Shown here one piece after another: positions 39,260-48,979 of a stretch of 64,000 bases of DNA. The DNA is from a virus. The stretch lies in IMG/VR virus record IMGVR_UViG_3300045988_174698; one strand, given 5' to 3'. Position 1 is the stretch's first letter, and the number at the start of each line of letters is the position of its first letter. The notes under the pieces are model-generated. The model saw only the letters and a list, made by a program, of their open reading frames with translations. It was not told the DNA's origin and ran no database searches. A program made the position numbers and the translations under genes.

Positions 39260-39478
39260 AGTATAAATATTTAATTAATTGTTATAAATCTCGACATTTG
39301 TTGTCGTAATAATTTGTTGGAAGCTTTTGTTTATGTTCTTCCTAGTTATTAGTTGGAAGCTTTGGTAAATGTTAGTTGTTTTGGTTTACATTGATTTCAA
39401 ATAAAAACAGTTTGAGGGCAGTTCGAAGAACTGGGCTATTAAGTATAGTTCTTTAAGTATAGGTATTAAGTATAGTTA

Positions 39479-39562
39479 GGGTTTAAAAATGCAATTGATC
39501 GGTTTAAAAATACAACACCTTATAGTTTAAAAATACAATTGATTAGTTTAAAAATACAATCG
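39479..39562. repeat. four iteron-like direct repeats (GGTTTAAAAATRCAA, 21 to 23 bp period) upstream of wHTH gene 1
   Basis: Copies start near 39481, 39503, 39526, 39547. Preceded by three AAGTATAG repeats (39441 to 39476) and two 26-bp TTGGAAGCTTTKGT direct repeats (39310 to 39370). Confidence 0.6.
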
Positions 39563-39619
39563 TTATTAAATTTTATGGTAAAAAATTACCAATTATTTGC
39601 ACAATTAAAGTTAATTATG

Positions 39620-39627
39620 TATCTTTG
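39620..39627 (+). promoter_or_regulatory. Bacteroidota-type -7 promoter element TAnnTTTG (TATCTTTG)
   Basis: Match to the published Bacteroides sigma-A -7 consensus, 33 nt upstream of ATG 39660. Confidence 0.3.
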
Positions 39628-39659
39628 TGTTTAGATAATTAATTTAATATAAGAATAAG

Positions 39660-40421
39660 ATGAATCAGTATGTAATATTACCGAAAAAAGAGAATGGGGA
39701 GCTACTCCAAAAGTATGAGATTCTAATATATGTGTGTATACGTAGGTATATGAATAAGGATACTATGGAGGCATTTCCATCCTTAGATAGAATTGCTAAG
39801 GATTCTGGGTGTAGTAAGCCCACCGTTATAAAAACACTAAAAGAGATTAGAAGAAAAGGCTATATTACCTGGAAGTCTTGTGGTAGAGCTACGGTGTATA
39901 CTTTTAATAATGAGAAATCTTTTGAGCCGTTCAGTTATGAGTTTTTAGATAAGAAAGACTTATCTAAATCTGAGAAGCTTCAGATACTCTGTACCCAGCA
40001 ATATATGTATAAAGATAATGGTATCGGAAAGATGTCATTTTCAGATAGAGAGTTATGTGAAATGACAGGTCTTAATTGGAGAACTCTTAATAAAAACACA
40101 CAGTCATTAATACAAAAAAATTATGTAAATCAAGTTTCTCTTCAGATTCGTGATAAAGAATCAGGTTGTTTTAAAAAAGAAACTATTTATAATCTTAATG
40201 ATCTGGGTCAGGCTATTGTATTTGCATTTCAAAATCATGAAAATAGAATACAACGAAATGAGGATTCTATTGAAGAATTAAGAAATCAGGTTCAAAAACT
40301 TGAAGAGAGAGATCAGAAGAGATCAAAGGATGTTGAGTTGTTATTAAGTGAAGTAAGAAGACTTCAGAAGGAGAACAGTCAACTTAAGAACGGAGAAATT
40401 CCAGAAGTATTTGAGATGTAA
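39660..40421 (+). CDS. winged-HTH / coiled-coil protein, candidate replication initiator or switch regulator (paralog 1)
   Basis: 253-aa ORF. N-terminal RRYMNKDTMEAFPSLDRIAKDSGCSKPTVIKTLKEIRRKGYI is wHTH-like. C-terminal heptad coiled coil. Homologous over its length to 42969..43751. Confidence 0.55.
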   Translation: MNQYVILPKKENGELLQKYEILIYVCIRRYMNKDTMEAFPSLDRIAKDSGCSKPTVIKTLKEIRRKGYITWKSCGRATVYTFNNEKSFEPFSYEFLDKKDLSKSEKLQILCTQQYMYKDNGIGKMSFSDRELCEMTGLNWRTLNKNTQSLIQKNYVNQVSLQIRDKESGCFKKETIYNLNDLGQAIVFAFQNHENRIQRNEDSIEELRNQVQKLEERDQKRSKDVELLLSEVRRLQKENSQLKNGEIPEVFEM

Positions 40422-40623
40422 ATAAAAGGAGTAGCCACAAACTACTCCTTTACTTGTTCCATATCTATTCCTGTTTCTTCTTTGATGTAGTTGGTTAGTA
40501 CATAAACAGGAATATTAGTGAATTGGATAGATCTCTGAGTATTCTCAAGAGCTTCCATCAGATGTTCGATCTTCTTGTTGAGTTCTTCTCGTGTCATAGC
40601 AGATAATAATAAGAAGGGAGATA

Positions 40624-40956
40624 TTACTCTCCCTTCATTTGTTTGATAGCTTCTCTGACGATATCTGTGATAATATCATCTTCCTTCAGAGATTTGCACT
40701 TCTTCCTAGGATAAACAACTCTGTGTCGTCTAACCTCTACTTGCATGTGAATCTCTGTAACCGTTTCGACCTCTACAAGGAGACCATTAACAACGATATA
40801 CACCATACTCGAAGAAATTTTCAAGGGCTCTGGAAACTCCACAGCCCAGATTTTGGGTACTAGAGATAGATGATTGAAAATGATATTCATTTTCCTCAAA
40901 CTTAGGAACGTTACGTTTCTCTCGTAATTCCTTGAATGCTTGAGAGTTGGTAACAC
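40624..40956 (-). CDS. hypothetical protein
   Basis: 110-aa ORF. Overlaps 40787..41062 in another frame; only one of the two is likely real. Confidence 0.3.
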   Translation of the reverse strand: MLPTLKHSRNYERNVTFLSLRKMNIIFNHLSLVPKIWAVEFPEPLKISSSMVYIVVNGLLVEVETVTEIHMQVEVRRHRVVYPRKKCKSLKEDDIITDIVREAIKQMKGE

Positions 40957-41062
40957 GACTTACAAGAATAGGATCTTTCTCTTCTAAGAAAGCTTGTAAT
41001 GCAAGAGCAGTCATATAGCAGAATTTTAAATTTAAATAAACTACTGTATCTTTGGTATCCAT
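40787..41062 (-). CDS. hypothetical protein (overlaps 40624..40956)
   Basis: 91-aa ORF with genuine TAA stop. Confidence 0.3.
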   Translation of the reverse strand: MDTKDTVVYLNLKFCYMTALALQAFLEEKDPILVSRVTNSQAFKELREKRNVPKFEENEYHFQSSISSTQNLGCGVSRALENFFEYGVYRC

Positions 41063-41220
41063 ATGGGAGTAAAACTACTCCCCATCAATATATCTGACAA
41101 TCCTTCCAAGATACAAATAATTGTACACTATAAAAGGAATCCAGCATATAATTAATGGCAAGTAGTCCACCCCAACAACAAGAAACAAGATCACAAAGAT
41201 CTCACCAACGATGAGCTTTT

Positions 41221-41430
41221 TCATTGCATAATCTTAAATGAATAGATAGTTCCTTTGAAGATATGTTCTTGCTCATCAGTTTTAAATCCGATAAGGTTCT
41301 CCGTATCATAAATAGGAGAAATCTTACGAGTGTCTTTAATGGACACTGTAATTCTTTTACCCTCTACTAATAAATAAACACGAAGAGTCATAACATTACC
41401 AGTCTGTGCTGTTTCTACGAACCCAAGCAC
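41221..41430 (-). CDS. hypothetical small protein
   Basis: 69-aa ORF. Confidence 0.35.
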   Translation of the reverse strand: MLGFVETAQTGNVMTLRVYLLVEGKRITVSIKDTRKISPIYDTENLIGFKTDEQEHIFKGTIYSFKIMQ

Positions 41431-41563
41431 CAGTGATAGTGCTGATCTTTGCTATAGCAATAACTGCTACGATAAGAATAATAACTTCCATAATAGTATA
41501 GAGTTAAAGTTAAACTTAACAACCTTTTGTAAGTTTTAGTTACCTATAAAAAGAGATAGAGGA

Positions 41564-42007
41564 TTACTCCTCTATCTCAATGAGGCTATACTCTTCACTA
41601 ACCCTCTTATAACCAGAAGATTTCTTGAGTATAACCATATCCCAACCCTGTTTCTTAAGGGCTAGTAATGCTAACTCGAAGGAAGGCAGACGTTGTACCT
41701 TCTTTTCAACCTTAACTCTGCTCTTAACGTCTTTCGTGTAAGTACGATATACTTCGGTTAGCAATGCAGGGTTAGGTGCACATTTTGACGTATTCCAGTA
41801 GCACTTCTGCTGAGCACGTTCTCCTTCAATAATAATCTGTTGCATTTCTGCAAGAATATTACGAACTTTCATGAGAACGTTGGCAGATGTGTTGCAATCT
41901 GCAGCAAGTTTATTGACATTTTTCTGGTCAATTTTAGCCTTGCTATAGTTACGGTAGATACCGTCAATGATAATGCCAATCTCAGGCATTGTGTAAATCT
42001 TAGCCAT
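41564..42007 (-). CDS. hypothetical protein
   Basis: 147-aa ORF. Confidence 0.45.
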   Translation of the reverse strand: MAKIYTMPEIGIIIDGIYRNYSKAKIDQKNVNKLAADCNTSANVLMKVRNILAEMQQIIIEGERAQQKCYWNTSKCAPNPALLTEVYRTYTKDVKSRVKVEKKVQRLPSFELALLALKKQGWDMVILKKSSGYKRVSEEYSLIEIEE

Positions 42008-42306
42008 GGATATATGAGTTAAGGTAAATAGATTGCAAAAAAAAACAACAGCCTAACTTATAAACCATCTACGCATCGGTAGGCCACACTGGTATAGTAC
42101 TGTTGTTAAATTAAAGATCCTATTTTTGAAACCAAGAATCAACGTAACTGTCCAATTGCTCTTCAGCAATATCTTCTTGATAACATATCTCATTCAGCTC
42201 CTCAGGAGTATAGTCAGTAATATCAAGGTTAATCATGACTCCACGTTTTTTGAAATTATCCTACAGATATGTTTAAAGCTTTGATTACTAGAGAATAAAG
42301 TTATCC

Positions 42307-42456
42307 CTACTTAGTAGGGATAATTGTAAGTGCTCCAGTAATCAGCAGCATGGTAGCTGCATATGAAAATGCTTCGTGATGAGAAACTGAGTAGAACAGT
42401 AAACCAATAGCTATTATGGCAGCAACAGCTATTAGAACATTAACGGTTCGTTTCAT
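42307..42456 (-). CDS. small membrane protein
   Basis: 49 aa, MKRTVNVLIAVAAIIAIGLLFYSV...; below track cutoff. Confidence 0.25.
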   Translation of the reverse strand: MKRTVNVLIAVAAIIAIGLLFYSVSHHEAFSYAATMLLITGALTIIPTK

Positions 42457-42789
42457 AGTAAACAGTGTTAAGGTTATGAAAAGGTTATATGCTTTGGTAA
42501 ATTTAATTCAATTTTTTATGGGAATTTTTGTCTTAAAATAAATCGTTTTCCCATTGGTGGTGGGAGGGGGCTAAAATACTATGTAACCGTATTTGTGCAT
42601 TATATACCCACATTTTATTTAGAGAATTGAAAATTTTTAGGAACCTATGAATTAGGTTCCATTTCGTTTAAAGGAGGGGGGGGCTTTTAGTGCTCAGCCT
42701 TAAATCTAGTTCCATCCGAGCGCCTCCGCGAAGCGAGGATGCATATAGTATATAGATAGATATCAAATTAACATCACTTATGTATTAAC

Positions 42790-42851
42790 CTAACATCAGT
42801 ATGTATCGTGTCAATGTATCAATCTGACATCGGTATGTATCAATCTGACAT
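42790..42851. repeat. imperfect ~21-bp direct repeats (GTATGTATCAATCTGACATC x3) plus AT-rich palindromes upstream of wHTH gene 2
   Basis: catcagtatgtatc / catcggtatgtatc and tgtatcaatctgacatc x2, followed by ATACAAATATTTTGTAT palindrome (42903 to 42920) and a very AT-rich tract. Confidence 0.5.
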
Positions 42852-42968
42852 CACATGCTGTATTACAATATTAATAATTATTTATACAAATTATATAAAA
42901 TAATATACAAATATTTTGTATATTGTAATATTATTCATATTTTTGTACTATAATTAAAATAACTAATT

Positions 42969-43751
42969 ATGGAAGAGAAAAAAATATCAAAACAACATAT
43001 TCAAGTTCCACATAATCTAGGAGAAAGAAATGAGGAAATAAAAATAAAAATGAATCCAACAGATTATCTTGTATATGGTTATTTACGTAAATTTATGAAT
43101 AAAGATACTTATCAAACGCTTGTGTCTTTAAGAAAGTTAGCCAATTTAGTAGATGTATCTATTAACACTGTACAAGCTAGTATTAAAAAGTTAAAAGAAG
43201 CAGGAGAGATTAAGGTTTTGGAAGAAAAAAATGGTAGAAGTAATATATATGAAATACAGAAAGGCAGTAAATATTTTGAACGATTTACTTTTGAATTTTT
43301 AGATTTAGATGATAATATTCTTAAACCTGAAGATAAGGGAGTTCTGTTAGCGATGCAACAATATAGTGATACTTCTAGCGGAACATTTGCCATTAATACT
43401 AGTTCTAATAGAGAGTTATCTAAAAAGTTACATATTGGGACTAGAGCCTTATCAAGTGTATTTCAGAGACTTGAAGATAGAGGCATTTTAACTACAAAAC
43501 CTCTTACTACCAGAGATTCTATCACAGGATTAAATAAAACTGCTAAATATATAGATTTATCTATTATTTGCCAAGCTATATTATTTATCAATAAAAAAGT
43601 AGATGAACAAGGTGAACAGATTAATGAGCATGATAAGAGGCTACATACTGTAGATAAAAATATTCTTAAAATGCAAGAAGAGATAAACAGACTAAAAGAA
43701 ATTATTGAAAAGAGTAATTTAAAAGAGTCATCAGGCTTTAAATTTGAATAA
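42969..43751 (+). CDS. winged-HTH / coiled-coil protein (paralog 2 of 39660..40421)
   Basis: 260-aa ORF. RKFMNKDTYQTLVSLRKLANLVDVSINTVQASIKKLKEAGEI aligns with paralog 1. C-terminal coiled coil. Confidence 0.55.
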   Translation: MEEKKISKQHIQVPHNLGERNEEIKIKMNPTDYLVYGYLRKFMNKDTYQTLVSLRKLANLVDVSINTVQASIKKLKEAGEIKVLEEKNGRSNIYEIQKGSKYFERFTFEFLDLDDNILKPEDKGVLLAMQQYSDTSSGTFAINTSSNRELSKKLHIGTRALSSVFQRLEDRGILTTKPLTTRDSITGLNKTAKYIDLSIICQAILFINKKVDEQGEQINEHDKRLHTVDKNILKMQEEINRLKEIIEKSNLKESSGFKFE

Positions 43752-43965
43752 AAATATGGATCAACAGAAAAACTTACCATTTAGTTTTAATCCTATTAGT
43801 TTAGAAGGTATAGGAGACGATTACAGTATTATCATAGATACAGGTAGAGATCATTTAGATAGATTTAAAACAAGGGAAGAGGAGAGATTAGATGAGCTCT
43901 ACGATAGAGTAGAGAAGTTAGAATATAGGATTGTAGAACTAGAAAACAGGTTAAGGAATAGATAA
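43744..43965 (+). CDS. small coiled-coil protein
   Basis: 73-aa ORF, overlaps the end of the preceding gene. Confidence 0.4.
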   Translation: MNKNMDQQKNLPFSFNPISLEGIGDDYSIIIDTGRDHLDRFKTREEERLDELYDRVEKLEYRIVELENRLRNR

Positions 43966-44017
43966 GTTATTATTACTGAATAGTAGAATATTATTTGTTT
44001 TTGTTAAAAAAAAATGT

Positions 44018-44025
44018 TATATTTG
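44018..44025 (+). promoter_or_regulatory. Bacteroidota-type -7 promoter element (TATATTTG)
   Basis: 26 nt upstream of ATG 44051, the first gene of the late arm. Confidence 0.3.
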
Positions 44026-44050
44026 CGAAATAAAAAGTAAATATACTAAT

Positions 44051-46303
44051 ATGGATATAACCTACAAACCGTATATTAGAGATTCTTCATTTAAAGAATT
44101 ATCTATTAAAAGTCCTACTATTAATATTAAAGGATACAAACCTAAATATACTATTAAACAAGATAAAGAGGAGACAATTACTCCAGTAGAGTCTCCAATA
44201 GAAGAGATACAAATGCATAAGAAACCTAAGATTAAAGAGGCAACTGCAAAAGCCATAAGATTTGAATCTAAAGAGGAGTTTAAGGATACTATGATTCCAA
44301 TATATGAGTCTCTCTTAGTTAAGAGGGGTTTAAATCCAGTATTTGCCAAAGCTTTAGTAGCTCAGGATGGATTAGAGTCTGCTTGAGGGTCTAAACCATC
44401 TGGAAATTTTAATTTTGGGGGGATTAAAGGTAAAGGGGCTATTAAAAGAACTAGAGAGGTTATTAATGGTAAAGATGTCTATATAAATGATAGTTTTAGA
44501 GATTTTAATTCTCTAGAAGACTATGCTAATTTTAAGATTGACCTACTTAATAGTAATCGTTATAATGCTTTCTCAGGGAATATTTCAGAGTTTGCAGATA
44601 GGGTTCAAAAAGGAGGATATGCCACAGATCCAAACTATTCTAGGACTTTAAACAAGGTAATTGCTACTGCTAAGTATGGTGGTACTCTTAAACTTCAACT
44701 AGGAGGTGTTGTTCAAGGCAAACAATGAGTTAAAAATTGATATAAAAATCGTACATTTCAGATAAAAAGAAATATACAACAACATCAATTAATACCTATA
44801 CCAGTTACAGGTGCCTTAGGGTATAATATTCTTGCGCATAATATAGATCTTACTACTGCCTCCATAGATCCTTCTAGAGTTCCTACGGATTCTAAAGGTG
44901 TATATTCCTATGGAGGTCGTAAAATATATCTAAGAGATGACTCTCCTTCTACTGCTGTTCATGAATGAGTGCATAGTAGCAGGCCTGATCCTCAAGTTAA
45001 AGAGATAGCTAGAATTAAGAATTTACTAGGGGATGCTTTTTATGACCAAAACTCAGTTATACCTGATGATTATCTAGATGATCCACAAGAGATATATGCA
45101 AGATTAATGCAGTTTAGGTATGCCTTAGGAGTAGATCCGAATCATAAGTTCACTAATGAAGAAATTGAAGACCTTAAAAAGAAGCATGTAAAACAAATAA
45201 CTCTAACAAATAGACTTAAAGGGAAAGATCATAATAGTTTTTCTACTACGGTGTTTGATAATGAAGGTAATGTTATCAGTACAGAGCCTTATCAACCTGA
45301 GTATAAGTATATTCCAGAAGAATCTACTGTTCATAGAGAATATGATACAAATAATACTTTTCAGTTCTTAGATAGATATAGTACTGATAGTATTCGTAGG
45401 ATGTTAAATGATGTTGCACAAGTTCCTAATAAAAAGAAAAATTCTACTTTATATATAAAATTAGGATTAAAGATACCTAAATATCAACATTCTGGAGTTT
45501 TAAGAAATGCTTATAATGACCCAGAACATTATTATGATTATTCTAAAGGATCATATGATCCTGATACAGAACATTGATCAGGTAGAGATCCTGTAACTGG
45601 AATGGAATTAAAAAATCCAAACCATCCTACTGCATTTATGCACCATGAAGTAGAACAACAATTAGGGAATAAAAGATATCAAGATAGTAATGGTAGATAC
45701 TATACATTTCCAAATGGTGAAGCTCCGATCTGAAGAAACGTATATGGCCCACTTTCTGAGACTCCAGGACTCAAAGAGGTAAAATATCCGAGTTATGGAA
45801 AAGGAAAAGCCAGTGTGGAAGAAGCTATAAAAGACAATCTCCCAAGAGTACAATGAATTTGAGATCAATTAATTAGTGCAGGAGCATCTAAAGAGCAAGC
45901 AGCTGCTATATTGGGAAATTTCTGAAAAGAAAATCAAATTCAACCTTACGGTAAACCTTCAAGTAAAGGTGCTATGGGGCTTGCGCAACTTAAAGAAGGC
46001 AGATACGATAGATATATAGAATTTTTAAATAAAAATAAATTAATAGATAGTACTGAGTCTCAAATAAAATATTTGTTACCTATTATTTTTACAGATGAAG
46101 TAAATCCTCATAATTTAGATAATTATAACTCTTTTTGAAATGATTGAACAAAATCACAAAGAGAGGCTTTTAGAACTGCGAAAGGTCTAGATGATCTTAC
46201 AGTATCGTTTGCAGATAACTTTGAAAGAATGGGTAAAAAGGAAGCAGATTATGAGACTCGTATAAATGCCGCGAGATATATTTACAACTTAATGGTAAAA
46301 TAA
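44051..46303 (+). CDS. multidomain peptidoglycan hydrolase (N-terminal glucosaminidase, central HExxH zincin-like segment, C-terminal lysozyme/transglycosylase-like segment); about 750 codons, 9 in-frame TGA
   Basis: Track fragments 44051..44386 and 44969..45577 are in one frame with no TAA/TAG from 44051 to TAA 46301..46303. TGA codons fall at conserved Trp positions: DGLESAW(TGA)G...FGGIKG...GYATDPNY (glucosaminidase), AVHEW(TGA)VH, AAILGNFW(TGA)KENQIQPYGKPSSKGAMGLAQL. Confidence 0.6.
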
Positions 46304-46330
46304 TTATAAATAAATTTAATAAATACATAT

Positions 46331-46579
46331 ATGTTTGCATTAAGAAAAATTACAAATGACGGTTTAGAAATGAATTTTAGTTTAGGAGACTCTTATACTT
46401 TAGTTATAAAAGAACGTTCTCCGAAAGAATTTGAAGATAAGATGAAAGATCATCCTTTTTATGATAAAACTTATGCTTTTATTTATTGAAAAGATGAGAT
46501 ATTACCGTTATATAAAAATCAAAAAAACTATATTGTTTCTGAAAATGGGACAACTTATAGTAACTTAACATATAAATAA
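46331..46579 (+). CDS. hypothetical small protein (one TGA)
   Basis: ATG 46331, TAA 46577..46579, 82 aa. Confidence 0.4.
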
Positions 46580-46580
46580 T

Positions 46581-46772
46581 ATGACAACAATGACTTGGAA
46601 AACAAAATTAATTATTGCCACAATCGTAATTGCTTTAGTATTAGCAGGTTGTGGCATTGTGTCAGCTATGAGCTTTGGAAGTTTGTTGCTTGCATTAGTA
46701 AGTTTAGCAGTAGGAGCGGGTTGTGGTTGGTATGCTAAGCATATCTATGATAAATATTTTAAAGGTAAGTAA
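46581..46772 (+). CDS. holin-like two-TM small protein
   Basis: 63 aa, two hydrophobic helices and charged C-terminus (KHIYDKYFKGK). Adjacent to the hydrolase. Confidence 0.45.
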   Translation: MTTMTWKTKLIIATIVIALVLAGCGIVSAMSFGSLLLALVSLAVGAGCGWYAKHIYDKYFKGK

Positions 46773-46775
46773 TAA

Positions 46776-47825
46776 ATGAATACAATATTTTTTGGGCAGA
46801 ATGTTCCTATACAATCAGCAACAAAGGTTAAAATATATTATATCAATAAAACTAAACTTCCTATTAAAGTCAGTATTCGTTGAAGAGATAGAGATGTTCT
46901 AAATTATACTACTGAAACTTTAAATCTACTAGCTGCGGGAATAGTTGAACAAACAGTAGCATTAAAAGAATTTGAATCAACCTCTGGAAAGGGTCTAGTA
47001 GTTGAGCCAATAACGAATGCAATTATCCAGTCTAGTACAACCTATCCTAATTTATTTATTAAAGCTACAGTAAAAGAGGTAGCAACAGGAGATACTATAG
47101 GGACATTTAACAAGGGAGGAACTATTAGTCCTATAATGGCTACAAAAGAGTATCAAGCAACTGTTACTTTTGAATATAATTCTGGAATTTATATCAATAG
47201 TACTGCTGCTAGTTATGTTCCTTCTGTTACCAGCAATCGCCCTACAATAACTGTATTTAGTGATGCTGATTCATATGGTATTACTGGAATATTTACACAA
47301 GACACAGCAGTAACTTATGCTGATATAGAAGGAGATGGTTATACTCATTATATTAAAGTAAATAACTGTAAGAATATTGCATTAGATAGATATATTAGTG
47401 GAACTAATTCTGGATCTAACTCTAGTATTAGTTATTCAGATTTATATCCAACGGATATAGGAACAATAGATATCGGCAAAACTTTATTTTTATGAGTAAA
47501 ATCATTTACATATGAAAAAGAATCTACTCCTACTCCTGATCCTTCAATTAGTTGTGATGTTTATGTATGTAGTCGCAATAATTTAAATAACACAGAATGT
47601 AGTATAGATATATATGAGGGGTATGGAACAACAGGAGTTCGTTTAGCCAATCTATCACTGGCCCCTGGGGAAGGAAATTGAGTTTCATATCAAGGTGGAT
47701 ATAGAACATTCAGTTCCATACGTTTAAATTCGATTTTAAAGGGAACCCAGATAACTATCGCATTAAATGGGTCTCAAGTAAGTGATTGAGTAAATGAAAC
47801 AACTAAATATGTTTGAATTAATTAA
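46776..47825 (+). CDS. hypothetical Ser/Thr/Asn-rich protein (possible virion or lysis accessory), 4 in-frame TGA
   Basis: ATG 46776; track fragment 47136..47495 in the same frame; no TAA/TAG until 47823..47825 (349 aa). Confidence 0.5.
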
Positions 47826-47866
47826 AAATAAAAAGGGAGCTACTTAGCTCCCTTTTTATTTTCATA
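47826..47866 (+). terminator. rho-independent terminator
   Basis: AAAAAGGGAGCTA-CTT-AGCTCCCTTTTTATTTTC immediately after the stop of 46776..47825. Confidence 0.6.
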
Positions 47867-48004
47867 TTGTTTTGCGCTTATAATAAAGCATACTAGACTT
47901 AGTAATATATATATAGGTTGCAGTACTTTAGTACTTGTTATAAAAAATATTCCCATAAATATCAATCCTATAACATATCAAAATTTATACATTTCCAAAT
48001 TTTT

Positions 48005-48040
48005 TTAAAAAATCTCATAATGTGAGATTTGAATTTTTTA
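48005..48040 (-). terminator. rho-independent terminator (minus strand; palindromic, may act both ways)
   Basis: AAATCTCA-CATTA-TGAGATTT hairpin flanked by A/T runs, downstream of minus-strand gene 48067..48453. Convergent with the plus-strand terminator. Confidence 0.45.
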
Positions 48041-48066
48041 TTGCATTTTGTTTTAAAGCATCCATA

Positions 48067-48453
48067 CTATCTTTTAGGTACACCTCCAAGTTTATCAGCT
48101 CATCTCTCTGAGAAAAACGAGTAATAAGATCTTTTAGACTTTGGGGTATGGACAGCTGCTCAAATAATACTAGGCAGTCCTATAATTAGTAAATAGAGGG
48201 GGCCTAAATATAAAGATTGTCGAGTATGTCCTCATTCATGTTCTTTTGTGTAATTTCTGTTATATTTCCAACTTGATTCTCCCATTAAGATATATAATCC
48301 TAATGAAATACCTCCAGGAAAGTCTCCCGCATAAATTGGAATTTCCCTAAAAGTTTCTTTGTACTCTACATTATAGCACCAAGTTAAAATAAGACCGAGA
48401 AGACACTGTGGAAATTCCCATATCCATCTCAGTATTTTAATATACCATTTCAT
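48067..48453 (-). CDS. hydrophobic protein with HEWGH motif, TGA-recoded
   Basis: Track ORF 48232..48453 ends at TGA; read-through (4 TGA) to TAG at 48067 gives 128 aa including ...TKEHEW(TGA)GHTRQ... and hydrophobic stretches. Confidence 0.4.
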
Positions 48454-48468
48454 ATAATATTTAATTTA

Positions 48469-48948
48469 TTATTTATAGTAAATTTGTTTAAATTGTTTTC
48501 AAAGTGAGTATTGAGCATCTATTGCTTCTTGTTCTCAAGGTCTTAACATATAATCCAATGAAGAATCAAACTGCTGTCCCTTTCATAAGAATACTAGTTT
48601 AGAGTCTTTTTTCACAAGTTCAAGATCTCTCCTTTCGTATTGATCAAAATGTTGCATTTCATGACATATAATAGTACTAAGACTATCAGATAACTTAGTT
48701 TTTAATAATAGATTATATGTATGAGGCACTGGTGTTTTATCTAATAGAGCTTGTAGTTCACATTCCTCAGTTGAAAATTTATTTAAGATTTTATCATTAT
48801 ATTGTACTAAGATATTTGCATTAGTATAGTCAAATATTTTAGTTCCTATGACTTTAATTAATTCCTCCACATCATATTGTTTTGGAGATTCAATTAATGA
48901 GGTTACTTTAAATGTCTCAGGGAACTCTAATTTAGATCTTTCCTTCAT
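48469..48948 (-). CDS. hypothetical protein with HEMQH zinc-motif, TGA-recoded
   Basis: Track ORF 48583..48948 ends at TGA; read-through (3 TGA) to TAA at 48469, about 159 aa. Confidence 0.4.
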
Positions 48949-48979
48949 ATTATTTAAAAACTAGTTATTATAACCTCTA

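Noticed and set aside
39479-39562. CRISPR array?
   Set aside because: The 21 to 23-bp repeats are directly abutting with no unique spacers and sit upstream of a wHTH gene. They are iterons, not CRISPR.
40624-41062. Two overlapping minus-strand ORFs both called as genes
   Set aside because: They overlap by about 170 nt in different frames. Both were kept at low confidence because I cannot tell which is real; a frameshifted single gene is also possible.
43112-44349. Minus-strand ORFs 43112..43393, 43463..43780, 44062..44349 and similar ones at 53494..53937, 54201..54479, 55527..55998
   Set aside because: They are antisense to well-supported plus-strand genes and have hydrophobic low-complexity translations typical of AT-rich antisense frames.
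44384-44386. TGA read as Gly (code 25) or as selenocysteine
   Set aside because: Recoded positions match invariant Trp in ESAWG, W-V/L-K-G-H and LLDWKT motifs. No SECIS-like structures or selenoprotein families are present.
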